Virus record (IMG/VR): IMGVR_UViG_3300021603_000005
Location: 79,429 to 143,428 of that record
DNA length: 64,000 nt
Source: a virus
Lineage: Duplodnaviria; Caudoviricetes
Direction: 5' to 3' (one strand)
The position numbers and the translations under genes are program-made. This document shows, piece by piece, positions 41,043 through 51,571 of the stretch (the stretch's first letter is position 1; each line of letters begins with the position of its first letter). Under the pieces are notes generated by a model. The model had not been told where the DNA came from and did no database searches. It saw only the letters and a list, made by a program, of their open reading frames with translations.

Positions 41043-42050
41043 TTAGAAGCTGCCCAGTAATACGCGCCGTTCATCTAGGCATGCAAAACCGGCTTCCATC
41101 CAGCCATAAAGTCCAGCCCTGCGTCGACGATGCAATGCGGGATCTTCGAATACCGACAGGGGCTCTTTCACCGGCATAACGAACGAATCGTTCTTGCTCA
41201 GGTCAAGACCAACCACAATTTCGGTATCAGAGGTACCCATAGAACCACCAAGAACGTCGTCGAAGTAGTTCTGGAATTCCTGATCCTCGCCCAGTTCGTC
41301 GATATCGTGAAGATTTACGCCGTAGATCTGGCTAATCATGCCATCTCGTGCGGTGAAGATTTCTCTACGAGTCACGTCATCAACTTCGTCTTCGTCCCAA
41401 TCGCGAATATCCTCAAGTGCTTCTGGCGAGATATATAGGTCAGTTAAACGACCACGATTTTCTGACGCAGAGTTGCCACCAGCAGTACGCCGCATACTGG
41501 TCTTCATGAGACTAACCAGTCGCTTGGTAAACTGTCCCGCAGCAGCAGCATTATCATAAATCAAGATCCCGCGACCAACACCGGCGGCTAGCAAAACTCT
41601 CCAGCCATCGGTATTGAGTTTCTTAACAAAACCGGCTTCGAGAACTTCCATGGCACGAGCCACGATATTCCAGCGAGCCTGACGACTATATTTCAACAGC
41701 CAGTCAATCGCATTGCCGATATCATATGTTTGTACGGTTACCAAATCGCCGCCAATATGTCGCTGTGGAACAGCGCCTTCTTGGGGTAGCGAATAAGCAA
41801 CATAGTCGTTTTCCATTCCTGGTTGATAAAAGTCCAGTGGATATTCTGCGGTAGCACTTGGATCAAGATTCTCTACCGTAAAAATGTCACTGAAAATATC
41901 GCCAGGAAGGATACCTTGACGCAAAGGTTCCTCTAGTGCCTGGGCCAACGCCCGCATAGCATTGACAGCCTCAGCCTGATCTTGCGAGCCAGTGGCTTTC
42001 AGGAGGGCGGTCATCTTTTCGTCTGGCTTAATAATTTTGTTGTCTTTCAT
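41043..42050 (-). CDS. Major capsid protein (HK97 fold)
   Basis: 335 aa after the protease and decoration genes; PQEGAVP E-loop; LYISPEALEDIR; AGGAGG RBS; followed by a terminator. Confidence 0.88.
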   Translation of the reverse strand: MKDNKIIKPDEKMTALLKATGSQDQAEAVNAMRALAQALEEPLRQGILPGDIFSDIFTVENLDPSATAEYPLDFYQPGMENDYVAYSLPQEGAVPQRHIGGDLVTVQTYDIGNAIDWLLKYSRQARWNIVARAMEVLEAGFVKKLNTDGWRVLLAAGVGRGILIYDNAAAAGQFTKRLVSLMKTSMRRTAGGNSASENRGRLTDLYISPEALEDIRDWDEDEVDDVTRREIFTARDGMISQIYGVNLHDIDELGEDQEFQNYFDDVLGGSMGTSDTEIVVGLDLSKNDSFVMPVKEPLSVFEDPALHRRRRAGLYGWMEAGFACLDERRVLLGSF

Positions 42051-42065
42051 TGGTTTTCCCTCCTA

Positions 42066-42536
42066 TTATAGATCAACAAAGACCTTAACGAAACCATCTG
42101 GATCTGCGGTCGTTTCGAACTTGCCAACGACGACTGAATAGCTACCTGAGGGCATCTCAGTGGCAAAGTACCCGCTGACCCCCAGATATGCATCGCCGCC
42201 TGCTGTTGGTGTGCCGGTGATCATATCGGTCACAACCCAGCCCTTCCTAATCAGGCAGACCTTTTCGCCTGGAAGGACTTCGCCATTGTCAAAGTTCCGA
42301 TGGAACCTTGTGGTTGGTGTGTACACAGCAACATCTGCTAGCATCACACCCTTGGGGACAGCACCTGACGGATCAGCAGCGTATTCTACTACGTTGTTCG
42401 TATCGTCGAGCGATACGCCTGATCCGGCTGTAACCAGACTTGCACAGCCGCCCTTTTCTACTGTTGCGGCGGTATCAGTCCAGAAAAAGCTGATGTCATC
42501 CATCGCATTGTAATCGCGATCTGGTTTTAGAGCCAT
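42066..42536 (-). CDS. Capsid decoration/cement protein
   Basis: Small beta-rich protein just upstream of the MCP; GWVVTD…PTAGGDAYL…VGKF. Confidence 0.7.
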   Translation of the reverse strand: MALKPDRDYNAMDDISFFWTDTAATVEKGGCASLVTAGSGVSLDDTNNVVEYAADPSGAVPKGVMLADVAVYTPTTRFHRNFDNGEVLPGEKVCLIRKGWVVTDMITGTPTAGGDAYLGVSGYFATEMPSGSYSVVVGKFETTADPDGFVKVFVDL

Positions 42537-42550
42537 TTCTGTTACCTCCC

Positions 42551-43912
42551 TTACTCAATTTCCTTATTACGTTTTAACAAACATTCAGCGGTTGCCTTGG
42601 CAGCTTTGATGACTGACACTACCTCTGTCTCACCATTACCACCTTGCAAGTCCGGTGTTTCCTCTGTTTTGACATTCTCAAGAATTTCGGCGCTAGTAGA
42701 ATCATCTGTCTTTTCTGTCACTACCTCTGCCTTGGTTTCACCAGCGTATTTCATGATTAAGGCAAATGTCTCGTCACTCATCTCTCGAAGTTCGGCCAAC
42801 GTTTCAGCCTCATCAGAAATGCTTTTAACTTTGGCGAGTTCTGTTAATCTTTGACGCGCCAACTCATTCTTGCGAATACTAACCAATTCGGCCTCTGCTG
42901 TATCGGCACGACCGGTTACTTCTGCGAGTTGCTTGTCGGATTCAAGAAGTCTTGCACTCACTTCGTCCAGCTTCGTTTGAACATCAACCAATTTGGCTTC
43001 AGATTCAGAAACCTTCTGCGTCAGTGCAGCAATCTCAATGTCTTTGGTTTCTACTATCTTAGTCACCTCATCGATTTTGTTCTGAAGAGCCTGGATATCA
43101 ACGCTCTCTTCAGCCATAATTTCCATACCTCCTACTTGTTCGTTTGCGGCAACCTTAGCAGCCACTTCCTTAATAACTGACTCTGGATTGGCAGGGTTAC
43201 TAACAATACCCTTACCAGCAAAAACAATATTCTTTAACACTCTCCCGATACGGATATTCTCATACAAACCCTTGCCACCATAAGCTCTCAAGTACTTAGT
43301 TAAAAATGAGGTCTGTTCATTTCTTTCGACGACCTTGCTCTCACCAGTTGCAGGATTAATCATGGCGTATGCGAAATCATCAAACCAAGCTTCCATCGAA
43401 ACAAAAATCTTGCCATTTTTTGCCGCCTCTAAAATGGCCTCAATCTTTTCTCTGCACGACGGAAGATCTTTATATAAAACGCCGACAACCTCAAGGTCAT
43501 ATGTCTCCGGTGCGTTGTCGTCTACTATTTCAGATCCATCCTTGTTTACCGCCCTACTGCTTATCATGTGTCCAATAATTTCAGCATCCTTGTGTCCAAT
43601 ATTAATAGGCTTGTGTACTGGGCTTTGACGTGCAGACCAAACCTCTGCTGGCAAAAACACGTCATCGTTTTTGTTCCAACCTGTACTAACAAGAATCGAT
43701 GTTATATATGCTAGATCGGGCTGGTTTATATCATTCACAACCTCTTGTAAGTCCGCGCTTGAAAGCAGCTTCTTTATTATATTATCGAAATCGCTGGACT
43801 CACATCTGTGATCTGATATACAAACCAATCCATCAACAGAAGCAATTGATTTTTCAATAGAACTACCAATTCCGGCGTCTATCTCTGATTGGTAAATTGG
43901 TATTGTACCCAT
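42551..43912 (-). CDS. Prohead protease with C-terminal coiled-coil scaffold
   Basis: NKNDDVF, PINIGH…IIGH, VSME, GIVSNPANPES; acidic coiled-coil tail. Confidence 0.8.
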   Translation of the reverse strand: MGTIPIYQSEIDAGIGSSIEKSIASVDGLVCISDHRCESSDFDNIIKKLLSSADLQEVVNDINQPDLAYITSILVSTGWNKNDDVFLPAEVWSARQSPVHKPINIGHKDAEIIGHMISSRAVNKDGSEIVDDNAPETYDLEVVGVLYKDLPSCREKIEAILEAAKNGKIFVSMEAWFDDFAYAMINPATGESKVVERNEQTSFLTKYLRAYGGKGLYENIRIGRVLKNIVFAGKGIVSNPANPESVIKEVAAKVAANEQVGGMEIMAEESVDIQALQNKIDEVTKIVETKDIEIAALTQKVSESEAKLVDVQTKLDEVSARLLESDKQLAEVTGRADTAEAELVSIRKNELARQRLTELAKVKSISDEAETLAELREMSDETFALIMKYAGETKAEVVTEKTDDSTSAEILENVKTEETPDLQGGNGETEVVSVIKAAKATAECLLKRNKEIE

Positions 43913-43927
43913 AGTTTCCTCATAGTT

Positions 43928-43935
43928 TTATACAC
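43928..43935 (-). promoter_or_regulatory. GTGTATAA late promoter motif
   Basis: Intergenic, upstream of the GAGG RBS and ATG 43912. Confidence 0.7.
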
Positions 43936-43968
43936 ACAACAAACATCAATATATTTGGTTATAAGGAT

Positions 43969-44280
43969 TTAACGAGGATTCATGACGAATGATGCTATGC
44001 TATCAGCCACCTCTGATGGGGTTGGATCTTTGCGCTCAGCTAGTCCATGCTCGTTCACAGACGCCTGTGTCTCTTCTGGCTGTGGCAAATACCAATATGT
44101 TACACGATCAAGGCCGCTCTCTTCTTTGTCGTCCTTACAATATGAAAGAGACAATCTTGATACGCCGTCTGCATCAACATACTTTTCGACCATAAAACCC
44201 TTGGTAGCAACGATTTGGCCATCGACTGTTACAACACTTTCCCTGCTTTTAGTGTCAACTGCAATACTAATAATTGCCAT
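43969..44280 (-). CDS. Hypothetical head-region protein
   Basis: ATG 44280 with GGAGG RBS. Confidence 0.55.
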   Translation of the reverse strand: MAIISIAVDTKSRESVVTVDGQIVATKGFMVEKYVDADGVSRLSLSYCKDDKEESGLDRVTYWYLPQPEETQASVNEHGLAERKDPTPSEVADSIASFVMNPR

Positions 44281-44281
44281 C

Positions 44282-44659
44282 CTAACCTCCACATTCTTCG
44301 GTGTTTAACTCAAATTCCCTAATTAACCTTTCCGCCTCTTCTTTGTGTGTTTTAAGCAACGCCCTTGCATGACGAGCAAGGTGTGATTGTGCTCGCTTAC
44401 GAAATTTAGTCGCACTTTCTTTAACTGGTTCAACCTGATTTACACGAGCCAGTGCATTTCGCAGGTGTGGTAGGTCTACCGTTTCATTATCATTTGGATC
44501 TGTTACCGTCTTGGCATGGTGTGGCAGGTGACGATATTTTTGTAGGGTCTTGCCATTATCGTCCTTCTCTGCGCCAGCCTCTACCACAAATGCTTCGTCT
44601 GGCCACGATCTGTCGCCAAATAGTGCTACTGCTCTGTTGAATATATCAACTATGTTCAT
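44282..44659 (-). CDS. Head-region protein, DUF6582-like
   Basis: WPDEAF…RHLPHH…HLRNALARVNQ motif. Confidence 0.5.
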   Translation of the reverse strand: MNIVDIFNRAVALFGDRSWPDEAFVVEAGAEKDDNGKTLQKYRHLPHHAKTVTDPNDNETVDLPHLRNALARVNQVEPVKESATKFRKRAQSHLARHARALLKTHKEEAERLIREFELNTEECGG

Positions 44660-46745
44660 TGTTATCCCTCGCTATAGCATGTATAGCCCATGCAGTAGAC
44701 ATAAGTCGTCTTCGTTCCGGTAGTGTTGGTTGTTTTGAAACAATAGACATGAACTCGCTATATAGTTCTCTATATGTTTTGTCTATCAACACCACCATAT
44801 CATCAGATGTTCTTGTCAAAGCAGCGGTTACTGTTTCCTCTGTAACCTTATCTGTCGGTAACAAGCAACATAATATGGACCATTTTATATTTTCAAGTTC
44901 TACTCGCTGCGTAGCAGAAGCTTTTCTTATGTTATTAATTCCCTTTGACGATAAAAACATAGGGTCTACGCATTTATCAATTTCATCCAAAAGAGTTTCT
45001 GCTATGTTTTCATACACATAACTTAATGTCTTTGGAGTTCTAGTATCTCTTGGTTTGGTGCTCGGCTTATTAGATGGCCTACCATTTTTCGGCGAGATAG
45101 AATCGTTCTTTGGCTGGTCTCCGAACGGATTGTCCCCCCCGCCAGTACCGCCAGACTTAGTTTCCTCTAGTCTAATGGCGTTATCTGTTTGGTGATCCAT
45201 GACGCTGAACGGTCTATTGTATGGACCAGTTTTTTCAAGAACCGGATTTTCAGCATCGCGCAAATCCTGCTCCTCTTTCAATCTTTCTAGCTCAATCACG
45301 AAGTCGTGGCCAAATATCTTCAATACGGTTTCTATTGATATGATTCCACGATCAAGCAATTGAACCACCAGAGCCTTTTCAGCAGCCTCATCTCGTAGGG
45401 ACATGGTGCCAAAACGGATGGTCGGCATTCGCTTAAACCCCATTGCCTTGGTCACTAGATTAAGTTCTGTCTCTAGCCATTCTAACGCTTTTGATCGTAT
45501 ATACTCTAGTCTTTCTACGAGAGTCTTCAATTGAACGAACGCGGTTTGTCCGTTCCTGGTAGTCATATCTGTGCCACCCAAAAGGGCATCTGGCACACCA
45601 AGACCCCTAACAATATCCGTATTTACTGACTTGTACTTACTGTCTCCAAGAATCTTATCTGTTGGTGGATACTCGACTTGTAAATCGATCATGTCGTCCC
45701 AGACAATATCCATTGCACCGCCGCCACAATTGTTTTGCAATATTCCTATCAACTTAGAAACCGCAGTTTTGGTTGGCAGTATTTGTTTGTCGGACTTTCC
45801 GAGTTTCCAAACGCGTATCACGTTAATAATTCCATCCAATGCGGCCATATCGGCTAATCGCATCTTATCCTTAAGCATTATGTCTTCTAGTACAGAATAT
45901 AGGAATGGGGTACCCCAATCATCCCAATCGTCCTTTTTGTAATATGATACATACGTTCTTTTCGGGTCTAGGACAACCTCGCCCTTCTTATTTTTCGCTG
46001 CTGTAATGATGTCCGATGGTAGCTTACTAACTAGTTCTTTGTCAGCCGCATTTCTTGGATCTGCGATAGCACGACGAAGATCTGGTGATATCGCCATTAC
46101 AATTGTGTCGTCGCCATAAAAACGAGCGAGTGTGCCGCCCCCTTTTTTGCAAATGGCTGGTGATATGAATACGTATTTCCACGGAATAATCCATTTATTT
46201 GTTGACTTCTTGTCTTTTGTAACCCTATCTGGTTTGTCGATTTCTATATCTGTTTCGGCTTTAATAAACTGTTTGCGCGCCGGTTTGGATAAAAACCCGA
46301 ACTTCCTATGAACAATAACATTTCCGTCTCGCAACATATTCCTCATAAAATCGTGAACGCGATCTTGTAACTTAACCCGTTTCGCCCATTCCTGGAAAAA
46401 ATGCTGTTGAGCACGAACTGGATGGACTAGTTCTATCCCTTCTGAAGCAAAGTCGGCCATAAGATCGACGATGTTTCTTACCATGCCATTTCGTCTATAA
46501 ATGGCTTGACAACCAATGATTATATCTCCGTGCTCTGTAGGAATTCTGTCTTCCAAACGCGAATTGTCTTTGTCGTATCTGTTGTATCCCGATCTCTGAT
46601 GGACACTATTTGATGATCCAATAGCTCGTATAATAAAAGGATCATCTACACTACCGGCCTTATTAAAATCTTTGGTGTACAACTGATTGTCCTTGGTGGG
46701 CTTAACTACCGGAATAGACTTAGTAGTGATCTTTTTCTTAGACAT
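44646..46745 (-). CDS. Portal protein
   Basis: Follows the terminase; VRNIVDLMADF, LRDGNV, WGTPFL, GLGVPDALLGG, GIISIET. Confidence 0.88.
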   Translation of the reverse strand: MSKKKITTKSIPVVKPTKDNQLYTKDFNKAGSVDDPFIIRAIGSSNSVHQRSGYNRYDKDNSRLEDRIPTEHGDIIIGCQAIYRRNGMVRNIVDLMADFASEGIELVHPVRAQQHFFQEWAKRVKLQDRVHDFMRNMLRDGNVIVHRKFGFLSKPARKQFIKAETDIEIDKPDRVTKDKKSTNKWIIPWKYVFISPAICKKGGGTLARFYGDDTIVMAISPDLRRAIADPRNAADKELVSKLPSDIITAAKNKKGEVVLDPKRTYVSYYKKDDWDDWGTPFLYSVLEDIMLKDKMRLADMAALDGIINVIRVWKLGKSDKQILPTKTAVSKLIGILQNNCGGGAMDIVWDDMIDLQVEYPPTDKILGDSKYKSVNTDIVRGLGVPDALLGGTDMTTRNGQTAFVQLKTLVERLEYIRSKALEWLETELNLVTKAMGFKRMPTIRFGTMSLRDEAAEKALVVQLLDRGIISIETVLKIFGHDFVIELERLKEEQDLRDAENPVLEKTGPYNRPFSVMDHQTDNAIRLEETKSGGTGGGDNPFGDQPKNDSISPKNGRPSNKPSTKPRDTRTPKTLSYVYENIAETLLDEIDKCVDPMFLSSKGINNIRKASATQRVELENIKWSILCCLLPTDKVTEETVTAALTRTSDDMVVLIDKTYRELYSEFMSIVSKQPTLPERRRLMSTAWAIHAIARDNNEHS

Positions 46746-46782
46746 TGATATCTCCTGGTGCGATTATAGTCCGACTACAGTT

Positions 46783-49700
46783 CTATTGATTATACACCTC
46801 TCCGCGTTTAACAGCAGCGACATTGCTGGTTCTTGCCCAGTCTGCATTTCTAAACCCACCAATTCCTGGTCCACGATACATGCCCTCTGACGGATCTACG
46901 CGGACAGCCCTTATGTTGCCGGGGACATCATCATAATTTATTGGTGGCGGGGGAGTTATATCGTTGTCGTACACGTATCTATGCGCAATCAACAAACTAG
47001 TATACCTGTCCTTTCGCATCTTATGGGTTTTTTTCTTACCCTCAGATATGCTTATTTCTGTAACAGAAGGGGCTTCGAATTTTTCTTTCCCAGTTGGGGT
47101 AGATGTCATCTTGATAGCACATAGTTCGTTTTTAAGCTCTTCGATATTATGAACAATGTCTTCATAGGTGTCGACTGTTATTCCAGCAAGATTCTCAATG
47201 GCCATTGCCGCTTGCATCTTGACGGTATTTAGTCCTGGGAACAATAGCTTTTTGGTTTCAAAACTCTTGTGCATAAACAGGTTAGACTGACTATTCCACT
47301 CAGTCGATTGTGCGATCAAGTGTAATATATGCGGCCCATCCCTTTCTTCGTCCATTGCCTTTGGAGCATCAAAATCGATTACCTCATAAATTGGCATATC
47401 TCCCTTGGAAGGATCTAGTAGCTTTTTGTTCCTTAGCATCTCGGCTATAGCATATCCACCACCCTGACTGTCCATCTCTATTCGGATTGGCGAAAATGCC
47501 TTGACGACATCCCTTATGCGAGAACAACAATAATCGTAATAGTCCTTGTTTGTAACCAACCCTCGCTTCTTGCGTTTTTCAAATTCTGGTTTGTTAACCG
47601 CCCAGCAGTAAACTATTCTCCAATGATTGGGCCAAACCTCTATTATGGTTATTGCCAAATTATCCCGTTCTGCTGCGGGGTCAATTCCGATCACATACTT
47701 AACACCCTTCTGTGCTCGGGTTATTGGCGTAAACACAATATCTCCGTCTGGCGTTGTGATAGGTTTGCCAGGATATGTAGTACATGCTTCAATTAAACTT
47801 CGTTTGTATATACCATCCGAGTCTGCTACAAAGCAATTGTGATGTATAACACCCTGGGCTAGATACGAATGGTCTTCCTCTATCTCTAGATTATAGACCG
47901 GACCATCATATTCTCGTTCGTCATATTCTCGCAATGGTACATAAACAGTACCTACATAGCTGGTCTTGCTGTCAAAGATTTCTGACAGCCTATTGTGAAA
48001 TGATGCTGGAACTGTTAACAGCCAAGAATCTCCACCAGAAATAACTTGTCCATATTTTGTGGTAGATGTTTTTGGTGGCCTGTGTCTAATACCAGAATAA
48101 CAGCCCAAAGATAGTAATAGCGATCTTGTCTGAGCGATCAATGCTCGACTAACAGATCCTATGTGTCTGGTATGATTATCCAGACTGGTGCCATCGGTCA
48201 TCCAATATCCTTTGATGAACCCGCAGGCCATCTCTGGGGTAAATTGCTCAAGCAATTTAATGGATTTGTCGTGCGAATATTTGCCAATCATTCCACTAAT
48301 AAATCTACAAACGATCTTGTTGTTGATGTGTGTTCTTAATACTGCATATCCCCTTGTTTTACCATTTGTGATAGTAACATTCAATCCGAATACCCTTTTA
48401 ACGGCATCTGCGAAAGCTTTTGCCTTATCGGTTTCTTCTGCGTTCCAGGTGATATTTGTTTGTGTATCTTTCTTATTGATATCTCCGTCGCCAGCATATA
48501 CCCCCAATATTAACCCAAGATCAAAATTAGCGTCAACGAATCTCGGAACAGAAGATTTGTATTTTGGGTTTGTCCTTTTTCTCGAATGATATTCCTGGTT
48601 GTATCTTCTTCGTTTTAAGTATGCTTCATCTTGCAATTCTTTTGGTTTTCTTTCGCTGCTCCATTTGGTATAGATGTATTCTGTTCCATCAACAACCTGA
48701 AATCTGTAATCGACATTGAATTCGGAGAGATCAAAAACCGTATTTGCAGACAATTGCGGGCCAAACAACGGGAATTTATGTCTACAACAAAGATCTTTTG
48801 CAGAAACGAATCCTTCGTTTGTATAGATGGGATGCTCTGCCGTAACTTCTATGGGGTCGTCCACCCCGAATTTAAGCCTTATCAGTTTGCCAGAATAGTT
48901 GCGATACAGTTTTTTTAACACTCTCCTGTATTTCCCTGTATGGGATAATACCAAATCACCAATGCTTATGTCTGTAATATTTCTAATACCATGTCTAGTA
49001 TCAACAACCCCATCTTTGGTCAAGCAAGCACCATACTCCATTAGGTATATATTGGTGGGTAATGTTGCCTTGGCGTGTGCCAATTGTCGTTGATCAAGCA
49101 ATCCCTCTTGGACGCAATTGTGGGGGAGACGGATAACGGCATAGTCCTTCCAGTTAAAATGCTCTGGTATGTTATCTTCGCCGCCAAAAATGTCGGCAAC
49201 AATATCTCTGTTTCCGCCACTCTGTATAATGTTCTTCCACATTTCGTATCGTTTTGCAAAGTGATTAAACGCATAATACGCTGTTCCGCTGTATATGATT
49301 TGGTTAGTACCTCGCGTGTCTCCCACGAGCCTATCTCGAACGTGCTTGGGAACGCCAGCCTTTGCCAGCTTTTTATCAAGAACTATCTTCTGTGCTTCTT
49401 CTACGGGACTCTTTGATGTTGCGGCAAATCCGCGAACCACGATATCAAACACATCCGCTGGTATCGAAGCAAACTCGTCTGCTATAATACAGTGGGCTCG
49501 AAGACCACGAATCTTAGTTCCGTCACCCATCGGGGCGGCGATAATAACAGATTCACCAACCCTAAAATAACAAAGGTCTACACTTTGCTTTGGTCCAGCT
49601 TTGCGGCCACCGCCAACTATACTACGCAATACCGGGGCAGAACTCCAGATATCTTCTATGTACTGAAAAACCAACTTGGCTTGTCTTAACCCGGCACCAA

Positions 49701-50091
49701 CTATTACTATTTTTGATCCTGGCTCAAGCAGTGCTTTTACTATGGCATAGATGGCAAGTATGAAAGACTTTCCAGAACCACGAGATGCAATAAGCATTGG
49801 GAACGAATGGTCCCACAATGTTTTTAAGATAGCAAGTTGCATCGGAAATAGCGATACATTCAAAATAGATTTAACGGTCCATCCGATGTATTCTGGATCA
49901 AGGATTGCACGAATGACAAACTCATCTGCCTTTCGCTTATCGTGAACGATGTCTTGAAATGGATGATTGGTAACAGTCGGAACATCGTCTCTGTTTGGAA
50001 ACAAAAAGGCATATTTACCTTCGTCTCCATAGAGTAGTTCGTTTATTCTATCTATCTGTTTTTTGTTCTTTACTTTTGTTGAGGCAGCCAT
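46783..50091 (-). CDS. terL: Terminase large subunit, intein-containing
   Basis: Walker A ASRGSGKS, Walker B IIADEFA, nuclease IGIDPA…KDRY. Confidence 0.95.
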   Translation of the reverse strand: MAASTKVKNKKQIDRINELLYGDEGKYAFLFPNRDDVPTVTNHPFQDIVHDKRKADEFVIRAILDPEYIGWTVKSILNVSLFPMQLAILKTLWDHSFPMLIASRGSGKSFILAIYAIVKALLEPGSKIVIVGAGLRQAKLVFQYIEDIWSSAPVLRSIVGGGRKAGPKQSVDLCYFRVGESVIIAAPMGDGTKIRGLRAHCIIADEFASIPADVFDIVVRGFAATSKSPVEEAQKIVLDKKLAKAGVPKHVRDRLVGDTRGTNQIIYSGTAYYAFNHFAKRYEMWKNIIQSGGNRDIVADIFGGEDNIPEHFNWKDYAVIRLPHNCVQEGLLDQRQLAHAKATLPTNIYLMEYGACLTKDGVVDTRHGIRNITDISIGDLVLSHTGKYRRVLKKLYRNYSGKLIRLKFGVDDPIEVTAEHPIYTNEGFVSAKDLCCRHKFPLFGPQLSANTVFDLSEFNVDYRFQVVDGTEYIYTKWSSERKPKELQDEAYLKRRRYNQEYHSRKRTNPKYKSSVPRFVDANFDLGLILGVYAGDGDINKKDTQTNITWNAEETDKAKAFADAVKRVFGLNVTITNGKTRGYAVLRTHINNKIVCRFISGMIGKYSHDKSIKLLEQFTPEMACGFIKGYWMTDGTSLDNHTRHIGSVSRALIAQTRSLLLSLGCYSGIRHRPPKTSTTKYGQVISGGDSWLLTVPASFHNRLSEIFDSKTSYVGTVYVPLREYDEREYDGPVYNLEIEEDHSYLAQGVIHHNCFVADSDGIYKRSLIEACTTYPGKPITTPDGDIVFTPITRAQKGVKYVIGIDPAAERDNLAITIIEVWPNHWRIVYCWAVNKPEFEKRKKRGLVTNKDYYDYCCSRIRDVVKAFSPIRIEMDSQGGGYAIAEMLRNKKLLDPSKGDMPIYEVIDFDAPKAMDEERDGPHILHLIAQSTEWNSQSNLFMHKSFETKKLLFPGLNTVKMQAAMAIENLAGITVDTYEDIVHNIEELKNELCAIKMTSTPTGKEKFEAPSVTEISISEGKKKTHKMRKDRYTSLLIAHRYVYDNDITPPPPINYDDVPGNIRAVRVDPSEGMYRGPGIGGFRNADWARTSNVAAVKRGEVYNQ
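46790..46797 (-). promoter_or_regulatory. GTGTATAA late promoter motif
   Basis: In the last codons of terL, upstream of the portal RBS (AGGAG). Confidence 0.6.
47836..49026 (-). mobile_element. Intein with LAGLIDADG homing endonuclease (397 aa)
   Basis: EYGA|CLTKDG…VTAEHP…LGVYAGDG…FIKGYWMTDG…VYNLEIEEDHSY…IHHN|CFVAD. Confidence 0.93.
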
Positions 50092-50579
50092 AATGATTTC
50101 TCTCTTTTGATTATCATGTCAAATATTATTTTTGAAATTTGTTTACCACATTGCCCAACGAACATAATTGGAACAGAATATTCTGCACCAAGTTGCATAA
50201 TCCAATCGATAACTGCTTTGCCTGGAACATGTGTCCTAACCTGGGATGGAGATAGCTCGAAAGCCTCTCTCGTCAAATCGGTTTCTACCAGAACATAACG
50301 ATATTTGATGTCCTTCATTCTGATAAATTCGTCTAGTATTCTATCCTGATCATTAAGATAATTGTTCCATAGTTCTGAAAGCCCACTTTTTCTTTCTATG
50401 CATAGTAGGTGAGTATAATTTTGAATAGAGTAGTCGCCAGTGTCTAGCTTTTGATCAATTTGTCCTAGGCATAGCGGGGGGCGTTTGCGCGCGTTACTGG
50501 GAGAAAATTCCCATCCATGATTTTCTTTTTCTCTGGTATCGCGAATGACTGTGTACGATGGTATTACTAGTCTTGGCAT
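50070..50579 (-). CDS. ERCC4/XPF-family nuclease
   Basis: DTRE…LDTGDYSI…IERKS…LVE motif. Confidence 0.88.
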   Translation of the reverse strand: MPRLVIPSYTVIRDTREKENHGWEFSPSNARKRPPLCLGQIDQKLDTGDYSIQNYTHLLCIERKSGLSELWNNYLNDQDRILDEFIRMKDIKYRYVLVETDLTREAFELSPSQVRTHVPGKAVIDWIMQLGAEYSVPIMFVGQCGKQISKIIFDMIIKREKSLWLPQQK

Positions 50580-51571
50580 GGAACTTCTACTCCGACTTGA
50601 CGACAATCATGTACCACCATTTCCCGTATCAATTCATGAAACGTGATCTTTGGTTCCCATCCCAACACTCGCTTGGCCTTACTTGCGTCCCCGATCAATA
50701 GTGGAACTTCTGCGGGACGAAGCTGTGTGTCATCAATCGCTACATAATTTATCCAGTCCAAACCTACTGAACCGAACGCTGCTTCCAAAAGCTGTTTGAT
50801 AGACCAAGTTTTACCAGACGCTATTACAAAATCGTCTGGCTTATCTTGCTGAAGCATCAACCACATTGCTTCTACGTAGTCGCGGGCATGCCCCCAGTCT
50901 CTACGAGCAGTTAAATTCCCTAGTTTCAGTTTGTCTATTTGCTTGTTATCTTGTTGTGCGCGAAGCAGTTTTGCGACGTACATGGTTATCTTGCGAGTGA
51001 CAAAATTTTCCCCACGCCTTGGACTGCTGTGATTAAACAATATGCCAGCACTGGCGTGTATGCCATAAGCATCTCTATATAGCTCTGTTAGATAGTGGGC
51101 GGTTGCTTTAGCACAACCATACGGGGACCGTGGTTTTATTTCTGTCGTCTCGGATTGTGGAATCTCAATCACATCCCCAAATAGTTCCGACGTGCTCGCT
51201 TGGTAGTATTTCGTTTTTGGGCTTACTTGTCTAATGGCTTCAAGAATGTTTAATGGCCCAATGGCATCGATATTGAAGGTGGCTATCGGTTCGGAAAAAG
51301 AAGTCCCAACGTGCGATTGAGCCGCTAGATTGTAAACCTCATCTGGCTTAACGCCAGAAATTATTCTGAACATACAAGAGGCATCTACTATGTCACCCTC
51401 AATCAAGTGAAATCTAGGATGATCTAATAAGTGATCGATTCTTTCCTTCGTATTCGTCGACGATCTTCGCATCAAGCCGTAAACATCATATCCCTTACCC
51501 AGTAACAATTCAGCAAGATAGCTAGCATCTTGTCCGGTTGCGCCCGTTATAATAGCAGTCTTGTTCGTCAT
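50567..51571 (-). CDS. gmd: GDP-mannose 4,6-dehydratase
   Basis: ITGATGQDASYLAELLL, NLAAQSHV, YQASTSELFG, SPYGCAK, FVTRKIT, RDWGHARDYV. Confidence 0.97.
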   Translation of the reverse strand: MTNKTAIITGATGQDASYLAELLLGKGYDVYGLMRRSSTNTKERIDHLLDHPRFHLIEGDIVDASCMFRIISGVKPDEVYNLAAQSHVGTSFSEPIATFNIDAIGPLNILEAIRQVSPKTKYYQASTSELFGDVIEIPQSETTEIKPRSPYGCAKATAHYLTELYRDAYGIHASAGILFNHSSPRRGENFVTRKITMYVAKLLRAQQDNKQIDKLKLGNLTARRDWGHARDYVEAMWLMLQQDKPDDFVIASGKTWSIKQLLEAAFGSVGLDWINYVAIDDTQLRPAEVPLLIGDASKAKRVLGWEPKITFHELIREMVVHDCRQVGVEVPCQD

